A DNA stretch of 64,000 bases from Mustelus asterias (taxonomy: Eukaryota): the NCBI RefSeq assembly GCF_964213995.1, contig NC_135827.1:21142001-21206000 (forward strand). Reading direction: 5' to 3'. Below, one piece after another: positions 12,621 through 25,143 of this stretch. The translations under genes and the position numbers were made by a program. The stretch's first letter is position 1. Every line of letters begins with the position of its first letter. The notes under the pieces were generated by a model that was not told the origin of the DNA, searched no databases, and saw only the letters and a list, made by a program, of their open reading frames with translations.

Positions 12621-13559
12621 GCTCTGGTCGCCCTTGTGCTTGGACATCCCAGGTAATTTACTTGCTGCCAGGTAGGTTTCACACCTGCTCTGGAAAGTTG
12701 TCAGCAATTTTCTGTAAAAACTAGGGTGACTGTAGCAGAAACAGCCCAGATGTCTGTGGTTTGAATAATCTGATCCCACTGTCATCGGAACCATGGAACA
12801 TTCCCGATAATACATTCATTAACAATACAGCTATTTGTCACAAACATGTTACAAGACATCAAACATATGTACCCTTCAGAAGATAACTAAACAAATCACG
12901 TTTGCAATGATTTTTAGACCTTTTTTTCCCCCCAAGGTAAGTCGGATGTCCGATCCAAATCCACCTTTAACTACAATTGTCCAACGAGGCATCTAATTCT
13001 TTATTCAGCCAAGGACATTGGAGGCTCCTTCACAATGACCATGTGTTTAAATTTCTTCAGTAATTTCATCACTCCTCGTTGATGTTGCTGGTGCCTTCAA
13101 AAGCTTTACCGATAAATGGAACAGTAGCTCTCTTTCCTGTTCACATGCACAATGCACTAGGAAATAATTCAAGTCACTTCAGTTATTGGCTTCTTTCAAA
13201 CTGTTGCTTGGAAAATTAAATACAGAGTTTATCTGATAAAGCACAGGTCTCCTAGTTCCTCGGCATTTCAGAAGGAGGCAAACTCTGACATTGTCCATCA
13301 GCATCGCTTCTGTCAATATCTCTGTTAGCACTGATGAAAATAAATCCCAAAATGCGATGCTCTCCCCACCACCTCAGGTAATTTGTAAATCAAATTTTGA
13401 TTAGTACCATTAAGTTCGTCAAAAATACTAGAGCTTCTGATATGTCATTTCACTGTCTTTTGAGTGGAATCACACTTGCATCGTTCCCAATATGATTAAT
13501 GAATTTATATCTCGTTTAGTAATAGACATAGAAACTTTACTGTCGAAATTCAATTATGA

Positions 13560-13876
13560 ATCATAGAATCCTACAGTGCAGAAGGAGGCCATTCGACCCA
13601 TCGAGTCTGCACTGACCACAATCCCACCCAGGCCCTATCCCCATAACACCAAGCATTTACCCTAGCTAGCCTCCCTGACACTAAGGGGCAATTTAGCGTG
13701 GCCAATCCATTTAAGCCGCACATCTTTGGACTGTGGGAGGAAACCGGAGGATACACACACAAACACGGGGAGAACGTGCAAACCCCACACAGACAGTGAG
13801 ACCCAAGCTGGGAATCGAACCCGGGTCCCTGGTGCTGTGAGGCAGCAGTGCTAACCACTGTGCCACCGTGCCACCC
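13560..13876 (-). mobile_element. HE1 SINE
   Basis: Reverse-complement HE1. Confidence 0.9.
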
Positions 13877-14258
13877 CTCATATGTCTCTGGTATCCTTTT
13901 TCTGCTGTTTCAGTTTTTATTGTGAGACAATTTCAGAAAGAAGAACAAAATAGTCACCATTCCCCCAGTTAATTTTATTTCTTTGAACCTGATCTTTCTC
14001 CCATCTATTGAATGGTAATCTGAAAACAATCGGCATGTGTACATAAATACACTCACACATCTCAGCAATTTAATGGAAAGTTATATCAGAAGAAGTGAAG
14101 ACTGATTTAGTTGAGAGCAATTCATAAGGTGAGGTATATTTCTAAAAGACTATAATGATTACATTAGATGTGAAAGCTGAATTATTTTACCTTTATTGAT
14201 TTGAAAGAAAACATCAATGCTATCATGTTTCTTGGTGATTTAAGCTTTACATCGTTAC

Positions 14259-14360
14259 CTGGTTTTCAGCAGTTAACCAAACAACTCAGCGTGATTAGAA
14301 TCAGAATGATCACAGCAACTGCAACGAACCGCATAATAAAAATCCCATACCATGTGTGAC
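14259..14360 (-). CDS. Transmembrane exon of the IgSF receptor
   Basis: cttcttacag|...|gtaacg, 102 nt, phase 1-1: GHTWYGIFIMRFVAVAVIILILITLSCLVNC*KP. Hydrophobic stretch with an Arg near its N-terminal end. Confidence 0.8.
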
Positions 14361-14486
14361 CTGTAAGAAGTTTGTGAAGGATCAGTGTAGCATTTTTAAA
14401 CAAGGCAAATAGTAGGTCCTAAAGATTTCATCTACTTTATTGCATGGTCAATCAAAAATGTTCGAATTGGAGACCAGAAACACAAT

Positions 14487-15397
14487 GGCCAGGATTCTCC
14501 CCCCCCCCAAAGAAATTCTAAGTGCCGAATTTGAGTGAACACGGGAATAACCAGCTGTTTTTTTCAGTGGGATTTTCAAAATGAATCTCCCACATTCTGA
14601 GCACTGCAGAGTTCCCTAGTGAGATTCACGTTGAAAATCCAGCAGCGGGGTCTATTCCCACCAGAGAGGCCGGCAGCATAGCGCTGAGTGGGCCACTGCA
14701 CATGTCTGCGCCGTAATCAGCGCAAGTGCAGCAGCCCCGCACTGCCGGCCTCCCGATCGCTGGCCAGCTACATTGTTGGCCAGGCTGGCAACCCCCCATC
14801 GCTGGCCATGGGACCCCCCCAAACCGCCCCCCTCCACCCCCCCCCCCCCCCCCCCCCCCGCCCCCCACCACCACTGCCCAATCACTGGCCACCTGGATGT
14901 CTCCAGGCCATCCCCAATGTTCCCCCCTCCACCCCCCACTTCCCCCAGCAGTCCCGATCTCCCCGATTCCCTCTCCCCCAGCAATCCCGACCCCCTCCCC
15001 CGGCAGCCCCAACACCCCCCGGCAAATCCCCACCCCAATGGAGAGCCCCAATTACACCCTTCCCTCCCTCTGCCACTGGTCCCAAGTGGAGAGTGGCAGC
15101 GGGACCCCCCACCTCATCGAACTCCCCCCTAATCGGCCCACTCCCTTGGCACTGCCTGATGCCCGGTGGGCAGTGCCAAGGTACCCCTTGGACATTGCCA
15201 CTTTGCCCCTTGGGCAGTGCTGGGTGGCCAGGCGGGCACTGCCAGGCTGGCACTGCCAGGCTGGCAATGCCCAGGGGACACACCTCCTTACCCCAGACCT
15301 CCCAGGGAGCCTCCATGGACTCCCTTCACTCCAGTGGGGTCGGGCTGCCAGCTCCCCATTAGTCCTAGAGCAGCGCAGTGGGCTGGGAGAATCGCCC
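14487..15397. mobile_element. GC-rich MITE-like non-autonomous DNA element
   Basis: Termini ggccaggattctcc / ggagaatcgccc form an imperfect TIR. C-rich interior with ggcactgcc/ggcagtgcc palindromes is shared with 23890, 25902 and 53960. Confidence 0.7.
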
Positions 15398-16299
15398 TCA
15401 ACATTTCCATCTCTCACTGGACCCTCTCCCATTTTTCTTGGAAGTGGGGAGGAGGGAGTTGGTTAATCTTCTCTAGACTTTGGTATTTTCTGTCTGGACA
15501 TTAGTCCAAAGTGCGCTGAAAATGAACGACATGTGAACTAAACACACTGCAATTAATGTGCAAATTGGACAGCAGTTTATGATGAGGCAAACATACCCCA
15601 TTGATTGTGGATTGCCGCAGACTGATGTCCATTTTGCAATATTCTGACATGACCTTTGCAAAAATTCCCATTTTCCCCCAATCTCCCCATGACTTTCATA
15701 AAGTTGTTGCATTTTGTCCATTAAATTGATCATAAAACCTTTCTCCTATAATTAACATCATAATTACCCAATTAATGTCAGGTTGTTATTAATAACTGCC
15801 AATCAACTTATCTTGCCCAGAAAGTGGACAATTAAATGTGGACTCTTATTCCTTCTGGCAGTCAACTGTTGCTGGTGATTTTTTTACACATCAAATCTTA
15901 AATGCACTGCTACAGCAAACTCTGAGCCAATGATCTCCATTCTTTCCATAGTAGTTAACATGCCAACCGTTTCACAAACTAGAAATATTAATCACTGATC
16001 TTTAACCTGGTTATTATTTGTTGAAAGGCAATAAAATCTAGAAAGGTAAGTCACATCAGATACTCTATTAAATCTAACCGTATTCTCCACTTACTATGAT
16101 TTTGTTTTCAAAGCAATATAAATTCCTTTAAAGCAATGGAAAGAGTACCAGTATCAACTCAGAGCAATATTCGGGCTACGTTTTTATACGAACACGATAT
16201 GGAATAGAAATATGCTGTACATGGTGTAGCGCATACCTAGCAGATCTATAATCATAGAAAGGTTTGCAAATTAAATTGTCACAGAACGATTTTTGTTGT

Positions 16300-16805
16300 G
16301 GTACCTTGGCCAGCATTTATTGAATTGCCCTTGAAAGGGTGATTGGCAGCCAACGTCCTGAACCACTGCAGTCCATGTGCTGTCAGTACAGCTGTAGCGC
16401 TGTAATGAAGGAAGTGTCAGGATTTTCATCCAGCAACAGTGAAGGGATGGCGATATAGCTCCAAGTCAGGATGGTGTGTGACTTGAAGGAGAATGTGCGG
16501 TCGGTGCTTTTCCTATGCATCTGCTGCCCCTAGTCTCTGCTGCCTCTAGTCCTTCTAGGTGGCAGAGGTTGTCGGTTCGTAAGATGTGTTGAAGGAGACT
16601 TGATGAATTGTTGCAGTGCATCTTATAGATGGTACACACTGCTGCCAATGTGCATTCGTGATGGAGGGGGTGGTAGGTGAAGTTATGGACGGGGTGCCAA
16701 TCAAGTGGGCTGCTTTGTCTTGGATGGTGTTGTGCTTCTTGAGTGTAGTTGGAACCGCACTCATCCAGGTATTCATCAGACTCCTGCCTTGTTGATGGTG
16801 CACAA
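16300..16805 (-). mobile_element. Old LINE (L2/CR1-group) 3' fragment
   Basis: Minus ORF ..WMSAVPTTLKKHNTIQDKAAHLIG..; the 3' UTR motif aattgcccttgagaaggtggtgg recurs at ~10100, 27700, 29470, 30600, 58300 and 62300. Confidence 0.6.
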
Positions 16806-16866
16806 GTTTAGGGACAAATTCTACCTTCATACTCATACACCAAACTCATGATTAAACAAACATTAC

Positions 16867-17187
16867 CTTCATTTTTAACTTTTATCCAAACACTTGCATT
16901 TCTCTAGCCGTAGCTATTGTTTGCTATACACCAATAGGTTCCTCCATCTTCGGGCTCTATATTTGTCATCTTTACTTTTGAACTGTTTAATCCAGCTGTG
17001 ATTTGTGACATTTCAGTGTAGTTTTCACTGCTCTTCACCCAGATCACAGAAGAGATTGGTTTACTACCCACAGAGCATCTCAGTTCCAGGAATGAGTCCA
17101 CCAGGACAGTGATGGGACTATTGGTCCCTTGATGGTAACTTCCACTGTTGCTAATCCTGTGCGTGATTATGGGATCTTGTGGTTCAT
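16867..17187 (-). CDS. Third Ig domain exon (C2/I-set), with an in-frame TAG
   Basis: ttttgttgttag|...|gtaatg, 321 nt, phase 1-1: (Y)EPQDP...LELRCSVGSKPISSVIWVK...NIEPEDGGTYWCIANNSYG*RNASVWIKVKNE. Confidence 0.85.
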
Positions 17188-17589
17188 CTAACAACAAAAT
17201 GAAATTAAAAATTTATCCAAGAATACCTGTACAGAAATTAATCAAAATATGAATAAATGTAACAACGGCAAATGAATGCTTAAACACATCTCGGGAATTG
17301 TAGCGGGTGGGACACAGACCAACCAAGGTCCGTTGATCACAGATGGGATGATCACAGATGGGATCTTGCACCCTTGGGGCGAGGGCGGCCGGAAACTCCC
17401 ACCTATTATATATCAAAACTTCTGTTTCATATGTACCATCTGGTTGAAGGGTCAAAGCCCCTGATTTGGAACATGAGCAAGTTTAAAAAATGTCAACAAG
17501 GTTACTCAGGTGCTGGTTGGCAAGTGAGGCCCAACCTTGGTTTCAAAATATTTTGAAAGGAAGAACTTGGATGAGATGTCATACAACTT

Positions 17590-17917
17590 GGGGCGGCACG
17601 GTGGGACAGTGGTTAGCACTGCTGCCTCACAGCGCCGGGGACCCGAGTTCAATTCTGGCTTTGGGTGACTGTCTGTGTGGAGTTTACACATTCCCCCCCA
17701 TGTCTGCATGGGTTTCCTCCGGGTGCTCCGGTTTCTTCTCACATTCCAAAGATGTGTGGGTTAGGTGATTTCCCATGTTAAATTGTCCTTTAGTGTGACG
17801 GGGTTAGCAGGGTAAAGACATGGGGTTACACGGATAGGGCTTGGATGGGATTGTTGACGGCATAGACTCGATGGACTGAATGGCCTCCTTCTGCACTGTA
17901 GGGATTCTATGATTCCA
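17590..17917 (+). mobile_element. HE1 SINE
   Basis: HE1 head, core and tail. Confidence 0.9.
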
Positions 17918-18042
17918 TGAACTCAGGGATCTTGACAGAGACTGAATTAGAGGAGGGGATAGTACGATAAGCTTTGATCCCAAACAGAACATATGTCTAA
18001 ATGGGAATGTTTGCTGAATGTTATATACTCAGTTTAAATCAG

Positions 18043-18340
18043 GGATGGCACAGTGGTTAACACTGTTGCCTCACACCACCAGGGACCCAGGTTCGATTCC
18101 GGCCTCGGGTTACTGTCTGTGTGGAGTTTGCACATTCTCCCCAAGTCTGCATGGGTTTCCTCCCACAGTCCAAAGATGTGCGGGTTAGGTTGATTGGCCA
18201 TGCTAAATTGACCCTAGTGTCAGGGGGATTAGCAGGGTAAATATGTGGGGTTATGGGAATAGGGCCTGGGTGAGATTGTGATCGGTGCAGACTCGATGGG
18301 CCAAATGGCCTCTTTCTGCACTGTAGGGATTCTATGATTC
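18043..18340 (+). mobile_element. HE1 SINE
   Basis: HE1 head, core and tail. Confidence 0.9.
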
Positions 18341-18802
18341 GATGAAATCAGCAATGAGTTGCATTTTTAGAATATCCTGGCTGTTTGTAGTTGAACGCAG
18401 CAGCTGTTCTATGACAGAATAACCCAAAACAACCATGAGGTGAACAAATGGTTAAATTCTTTCTCAATGGTATTTTCTGTTTGGGTGAATACTGATCAGC
18501 ACAATAACTCTAAACTTAGCTTCAAATCAGACTAGGGTATCTTTGAAATTCACTTGAAGCAGTAGACGGGATCCTGTTTTAACATACCCAATGGAGGATA
18601 TCCTCAGCAATGTAACACTTTCTCAGTATTGTGTTCATGTCCTGGTATGAAGTTCAAAACCTCAACTTTCTAATGCAGAGGTAGGAGCACTGCAAACCAA
18701 ACAAAGCTCACCCAAACGTAAACCACAGACTAAAGAGGAATTGCTAATCAGACAGGAAGCAGTATTCTTATACCTCAAGAACCATTACTAAAAAGTACTC
18801 AC

Positions 18803-19106
18803 ACATAACATGCAGTTTGATCTCATTTGTTACCGGTTGTCTGAAAGTCACATGGTTTATCTCACATCTACAGACAATTCCATGGTCAGTCACTTTTGGA
18901 ATGACCTCAAGCTGGCTGCTGGCAACAGGTGTACCATTCACTGTTGTTCTTGAGTTTAGCAATGCTGATATATGTGAAGATGTTTGCTCCATGACATGCT
19001 CACTTAAAGAAGATATTCTCCAAGTACAGCCCCTTGACAGAGCAGATCAGTTTGAACCCACGTCCAGCTACCAAAGCACCACCCACAGTGGATATTTCAG
19101 GGAGTT
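18803..19106 (-). CDS. Second Ig domain exon (C1-like), disrupted
   Basis: ttctcctccctcag|...|gtgagt. Frame 1 gives ELPEISTVGGALVAGRGFKLICSVKGLYLENIFFK* (stop at the canonical Trp). A shifted frame gives NGTPVASSQLEVIPKVTDHGIVCRCEINHVTFRQPVTNEIKLHVM. Length 304 nt is not a multiple of 3. Confidence 0.85.
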
Positions 19107-19369
19107 CTGAGGGAGGAGAAAATAGTGGGTTAAAATACAAAGTTAATATCCAGCCTTGTGAAAATTTAATAACATCAATTTCACTGAATATAATGGCGAC
19201 GTTTGGAATGATTTTTTAGTGCCAGTATTCTGAAAATGTACTCATTATCATAATGCAAAAGCATTTACAGCTGAATGAATAGTTCGCTCAGAATTTTAAA
19301 ACACTTTACTGTACTTATTGTGAGTCACTGGAACTCTTTGCCACAGACAGCTGTGGGGCCAGAGTCCTT

Positions 19370-19672
19370 GTGTATATTTAAGGCAGAGATCGGTAAGGGA
19401 ATTAGGGGTTATAGGGATCAGGCGGGTAAGTGGAACTGATCCACTACAGATCAGCCATGATCTTATTGAATGGCGGGGCAGGCTCGAGGGGCTAGATGGC
19501 CTACTCCTGCTCCTATTTCTTATGTTCTTATGATAGATAGATTTTTGATCAGTAAGGGAATCAAGGGTGATGGGGAAATGGCAGGAAAGTGAACATGATG
19601 AATCAGCCTGACGGAACAGGCTGAAGAGGCCGAATGGCCTACTCCTGTTACTATTTCTTATGGTCTTATAGT
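19370..19672 (+). mobile_element. Two tandem CR1 3'-UTR fragments
   Basis: gatcagccatgatcttattgaatggcggggcaggctcgagggg...cctactcctgctcctatttcttatg occurs twice. Confidence 0.75.
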
Positions 19673-20399
19673 CTGACTTGTGGCCAAGATTGGTTGACAA
19701 AAGGAGTATACCATGATGTAAGGCTATAGGGAAGATGGGATGAAGTGTGCAACATGAAGGGATTTGTAAAACTACAGCAAGACATTTTGGAATTCCTGTG
19801 GATAGTGTTTCACGACATTAAGCATCAGCTGCAAATCAACTCCAAAATTACATAATTCAGAGATGCAAAATGCCTGATAATCAGGATCTTTAACTGTTAC
19901 CTAAGATTTCTTTTGTAAGTATTCTTCATGAGTTATCAGAAACACTGTTTTAACAGCAGAGACCGTGTACTTTCTAAAATACAAATGCTTTCTGTTACTA
20001 AATGGGATTGTGTTCAAAACTTTAAGTCCGTGCATTTAAACCCATAAAACCCAGTTCCTATATTTAAAACACAGACTGAAGTCAGAGCTTTACTGTTTAG
20101 TTGAGGAAAGTTTTCAGATTGATAAATTTCAGCCTCCAATTTTTTATAACAATAGCTGCTTTCCTTTCTCTTTTTTTCATACTTCGAGATAAAACATCTC
20201 AAGTGCAACATTTCAATGCCATGTCGTTGAGAAAGTGAACCATGGCACCCATCCCATCATAACAGTAATAGCCAGCTGCTCAGTGTCCTCTTTGTTTATT
20301 TTTTTAACTCCATCCTTAAAGTTACAAATCAGGTGCTCAGAATGGACCAGGCAAACACAAATCCATTCCTTGTTTGCTCCAAAAACAAAATTCAAAATC

Positions 20400-20512
20400 C
20401 TATTGAATCCAACTCAAGATATACAAGTGAGACAATCAAGCTGACAAGATAAGGCACTGCATCCCATCTTGGGCTTGATCTGATGCTTGATCTTAGCCAA
20501 AAGGCCGAGAAG
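20400..20512 (-). mobile_element. Diverged copy of the U2-headed SINE-like element
   Basis: 20486-20512 is an exact reverse complement of U2 snRNA nt 5-31. The downstream sequence agatcaagcccaagatggg..ccttatcttgtcagcttgat..tgtctcacttgt aligns with 28970-29060. Confidence 0.75.
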
Positions 20513-20714
20513 TTGGTGCCCAAGCACAGATTTATAGAGTGTTAGGGTCACCCGGATGGATAAGCGCAACATGTCCTACAACAAGGTCCTGTTAGTGCGC
20601 ATTACACTAAGCCTGAAATTGGTCTCTGTGGTTATATTATGTGTTATGTATGTGTGTGTGTGTAAAATACAATTATTGTTTGTCTAACTGTAATCATACA
20701 TGCAAACACTTTAC

Positions 20715-21062
20715 CATAACTCTGTATCCGTGTTCCTGGTCCACTTATCTGGATTGGCGGGTAGACAAGCGGCAACTTCACCACACAGATATAATTATAA
20801 TCAGACTGATCAAAAGAAACATTTTCAAACTTAAGTGATGAAACACAGTGACTCAAACGACCCGGAGTAACATCGGGAATGCAGGTCGGTATATTGCTGC
20901 TATAGGAATAGTTGGACTCCCTCAGAGAGTTTCTGTACCAGTGTGCATGAATCCAGTCACTAGAAGTCCCATTATAAGTAAATGTACAGTTTATTGTGAC
21001 TGACTGTCCCCTCAGGACACTGACCAGACTTGGCTGAGTCACCTCCCCAATGATCGACACAC
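20715..21062 (-). CDS. V-set Ig domain exon with germline-joined J-like strand
   Basis: tttattccatcag|...|gtaaag, 348 nt, open, phase 1-1: VTQPSLVSVLRGQSVTINCTF...HWYR...LKFENV..DQSDYNYICVVKLPLVYPPIQISGPGTRIQ. Confidence 0.9.
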
Positions 21063-21299
21063 CTGATGGAATAAAAAGCTTTGTCATTTTCATTTTAAGT
21101 TGAGTTGGTCCTGACTTTCAATATAAACTGTTTACATCAAAAACTCAATTGAAACAACATGAAAAATCCTTAAAGTATTTATCTTTTTAAACCTGAGTTT
21201 TAAACTAAGTGAGCATTTGAGACTTGATATTCTGCATTAATATTTAATATTTTCTTACAATGCTGAACCTATTTTGTTTCACATAAACTATCATCGATT

Positions 21300-21583
21300 A
21301 GAGTCATAGAGTCATAGAGTCATGGAGGTTTACAGCATGGAAACAGGCCCATCGGCCCAACTTGTCCATGCCACCCTTTTTTTTAACCTCTAAGCTAGTC
21401 CCAATTGCCCGCATTTGGCCCATATTCCTCTATACCCATCTTATCCATGTAACTGTCTAAATGCTTTTTAAAAGACAAAATTGTACCCACTACCTCTGGC
21501 AGCTTGTTCCAGACACTCACCACCCTCTGTGCGAAAAAATTGCCCCTCTGGACCCTTTTGTAACTCTCCCCTCTCACCTTAAA
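21300..21583 (-). mobile_element. CR1 3' end fragment
   Basis: RGESYKRVQRGNFFAQRVV.VWNKLP and (gactctat)n tail; same family as 4575-7080. Confidence 0.85.
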
Positions 21584-21596
21584 ACCTATTGATCAG

Positions 21597-23372
21597 AATA
21601 GAACATAGAACATAGAACAGTACAGCACAGAACAGGCCCTTCGGCCCACGATGTTGTGCCGAGCTTTATCTGAAACCAAGATCAAGCTATCCCACTCCCT
21701 ATCATCCTGGTGTGCTCCATGTGCCTATCCAATAACCGCTTAAATGTTCCTAAAGTGTCTGACTCCACTATCACTGCAGGCAGTCCATTCCACACCCCAA
21801 CCACTCTCTGCGTAAAGAACCTACCTCTGATATCCGTCCAGTATCTCCCACCACGAACCCTATAGTTATGCCCCCTTGTAATAGCTCCATCCACCCGAGG
21901 AAATAGTCTTTGAACGTTCACTCTATCTATCCCCTTCATCATTTTATACACCTCTATTAAGTCTCCCCTCAGCCTCCTCCGCTCCAGAGAGAACAGCCCT
22001 AGCTCCCTCAACCTTTCCTCATATGACCTACCCTCCAAACCAGGCAGCATCCTGGTAAATCTCCTCTGCACTCTTTCCAGCGCTTCCACATCCTTCTTAT
22101 AGTGAGGTGACCAGAACTGCACACAATATTCCAAATGTGGTCTCACCAAGGTCCTGTACAGTTGCAGCATAACCCCACGGCTCCTAAACTCCAACCCCCT
22201 GTTAATAAAAGCTAACACACTATAGGCCTTCTTCACAGCTCTATCCACTTGACTGGCAACCTTTAGAGATCTGTGGATATGGACCCCAAGATCTCTCTGT
22301 TCCTCCACAGTCTTCAGAACCCTACCTTTGACCCTGTAATCCACATTTAAATTTGTCCTACCAAAATGAATCACCTCACATTTATCAGGGTTAAACTCCA
22401 TTTGCCATTTTTCAGCCCAGCTTTGCATCCTATCTATGTCTCTTTGCAGCCTACAACAGCCCTCCACCTCATCCACTACTCCACCAATCTTGGTGTCATC
22501 AGCAAATTTACTGATCCACCCTTCAGCCCCCTCCTCTAAGTCATTAATAAAAATCACAAAGAGCAGAGGACCAAGCACTGATCCCTGCGGCACACCGCTA
22601 GCAACCTGCCTCCAATCCGAAAATTTTCCATCGACCACCACCCTCTGTCTTCGGTCAGACAGCCAGTTACCTATCCAATCGGCCAACTTTCCCTCTATCC
22701 CACACCTCCTCACTTTCATCATAAGCCGACCATGGGGGACCTTATCAAACGCCTTACTAAAATCCATGTATATGACATCAACTGCCCTACCTTCATCAAC
22801 ACACTTAGTTATCTCCTCAAAAAATTCTATCAAATTTGTGAGGCACGACTTGCCCTTCACGAATCCGTGCTGACTATCTCGGATTAATCCGCATCTTTCT
22901 AAATGGTCGTAAATCCCATCCCTAAGGACCCTTTCCATCAATTTACCAACCACCGAAGTAAGACTAACCGGTCTATAATTACCAGGGTCATTTCTATTCC
23001 CTTTCTTAAACAGAGGAACAACATTCGCCATTCTCCAGTCCTCTGGCACCATCCCCGTGGACAGCGAGGACCCAAAGATCAACGCCAAAGGCTCTGCAAT
23101 CTCATCCCTTGCCTCCCACAGAATCCTAGGATACATTTCATCAGGCCCAGGGGACTTATCGACCTTCAGTTTATTCAAAACTGCCAAGACATCCTCCCTC
23201 CGAACATCTATTTCCTCCAGCCTATTAGCCTGTAACACCTTCTCTTCCTCAAAAACATGGCCCCTCTCCTTGGTGAACACTGAAGAAAAGTATTCATTCA
23301 TCACCTCGCCTATCTCTACTGACTCCATACACAAGTTCCCACTACTGTCCTTGACCGGCCCTAACCTCACCC
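21597..23372 (-). mobile_element. Young 5'-truncated CR1 LINE with uninterrupted RT ORF
   Basis: ORF 21682-23619 has a complete RT (YRPVSLTS, DFSKAFDKVPH, GVPQGSVLGP, FADDTK) and a (ttctatg)n 3' tail. The N-terminal ~85 aa of the ORF are fortuitous read-through. Confidence 0.95.
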
Positions 23373-23889
23373 TGACTTTGACCCTGTAAGGGAGGTAACT
23401 AAGTGTGTTGATGAAGGTAGGGCAGTTGATGTCATATACATGGATTTTAGTAAGGCGTTTGATAAGGTCCCCCATGGTCGGCTTATGATGAAAGTGAGGA
23501 GGTGTGGGATAGAGGGAAAGTTGGCCGAGGCAGTCTGAATGCCACGATAATAATGTATGGGGGATCTTTGCTTCCAGTTCTATGAAGTAGTCGGTATTAC
23601 TTTTAATAATATTCAACAAAGAAAACGTTTGAAATCTTCCATATTCAAGAAGGGAGCAGAGCGGCTAAAATCACCCCGATCAATATTATGGGATGCAGGT
23701 CAGATCACTCCCTTTCTCAATACTATCAATCATCCTTGCAGAACTCCTGCCTCACACTGTATGGATCCAATCACTATGATTTGCATTGAAATTAAATGGA
23801 TTTTTTAATAATGTAACTGCCTTTCCAAACTGGATGCTAACTAGATCTGCGAGTCACCTCTCAGTTGCTCGATTTCCTCATGGGATAAG

Positions 23890-24365
23890 ATGTTTCAATT
23901 GTTGATGGTAATTCCCCCTTGGCACTGCCCCATGCCTGGGCATTGGCACTCTGCTCTTTGGGCTGTGCCTGGGGCACAGGCTGGCACTGCAAAGGTGCCA
24001 ATGCCCAGGTGGCACCCACCCCAACGCCCGACTCTCTGGAGGGCCCCAATTTCCTCCCCTTCAACCCAGCGGGGTCAGGCTGTCAGCTCCCCAAAAGTGG
24101 GGAGCTACTGTAAACCCCGCTGGAGTGAAATACTTCTGGCGGGGGGTGGGGGGGAGCGGGCCCGGAGATTTCAGTCCTGGGCCCACTAATAGCACTTAAA
24201 TCAGATTTAAATTGTCACTAACATAAATTATGCAGCTCCGCGCTGATTACTGGTACAGAGCTGACGGTGCCAGAAATCTGGCACTGGGAGATGCATTTGG
24301 GGCCAGACATCCAGCGCAGATCCCGCACCGCCTAAATCCCCCAGCCCACTGCGCTAAAAAATTAG
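23890..24365. mobile_element. Partial GC-rich MITE-like element
   Basis: ggcactgcc palindromes and ctccccaaaagtggggagct motif shared with the 14487 and 25902 elements. Confidence 0.6.
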
Positions 24366-24727
24366 ACCCCCTCCCACCTTATCACACTGACCTTTCCATC
24401 TTTTCCCTCCCTTCTACCTTTTCCTGCCTCTTGATTAAACCTATTAAATCTCAAACCTAATGCAGTTCTGATGATAGGACATCAACTTCAACGTACGTGG
24501 AAAACCACAGACCTCGTCTGCAGCTGGGATTCTCCGGCGCCACTGCAGTGAGTGGAGTTTTGTCTGAGTGCCAAATTCTCTCCATTCTCACTGGCAACGG
24601 GGTGGGTACAGGCGAGATCAGAGAATCCTGCCTGTTTTCTTTGTTGCTCCCCTGCCTCCCAGAGTTGCTGCCTGACCTGCTGAATATCTACTACGTTTTC
24701 TGCTTTCTGTTTTGGAAAGTTATCTTG

Positions 24728-25055
24728 GGGGTGGCACGCTGACACAGTGGTTAGCACTGCTGCCTCACAGCGCCAGGGACCTGGGTTCGATTCCCGGCTC
24801 GGGTCACTGTCTGTGTGGAGTTTGCACGTTCTCCCCGTGTCTGCGTGAGTTTCCTCCGGGTGCTCCAGTTTCCTCCCACTCTCCAAAGATGTGCATGTTA
24901 GGTGGATCGGCCATGCCAACTTGCTCCTTAGTGGTGGGGGGACTAGCTAAGGTAAATGCATTGGGTTATGGGGATAGGCCCTGGTGGGATTGTGGTCAAC
25001 GCAGACTTGATGGGCCAAATGGCCTTCTTCTGCACTGGAGGATTCTATGATTCTA
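24728..25055 (+). mobile_element. HE1 SINE
   Basis: HE1 head, core and tail. Confidence 0.9.
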
Positions 25056-25143
25056 GCTGTTGCTAAGGTAACTGAATTTTGTTTAAAAAAATGTGGGGTT
25101 TATCCGTTGTAAGTTAAACCCATTAAACTGTGCTGGTTTGATG

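Noticed and set aside
11770-12990. Possible LTR starting tgtaacgatccc (and 27050-27318)
   Set aside because: Could not establish the other terminus, TSD or PBS.
13150-14101. Candidate cytoplasmic exons of the IgSF gene (acceptors before 14101 and 13330 on the minus strand)
   Set aside because: Plausible splice signals, but ambiguous frame, early stops and no ITIM/ITAM; cannot be supported without transcripts.
14626-15504. Long Pro- or Gly-rich ORFs in all six frames (also 25637-26307, 31378-31973, 53947-54544, 56638-57162)
   Set aside because: Artefacts of GC-rich MITE interiors and poly-C/G runs; no domain signature or splice context.
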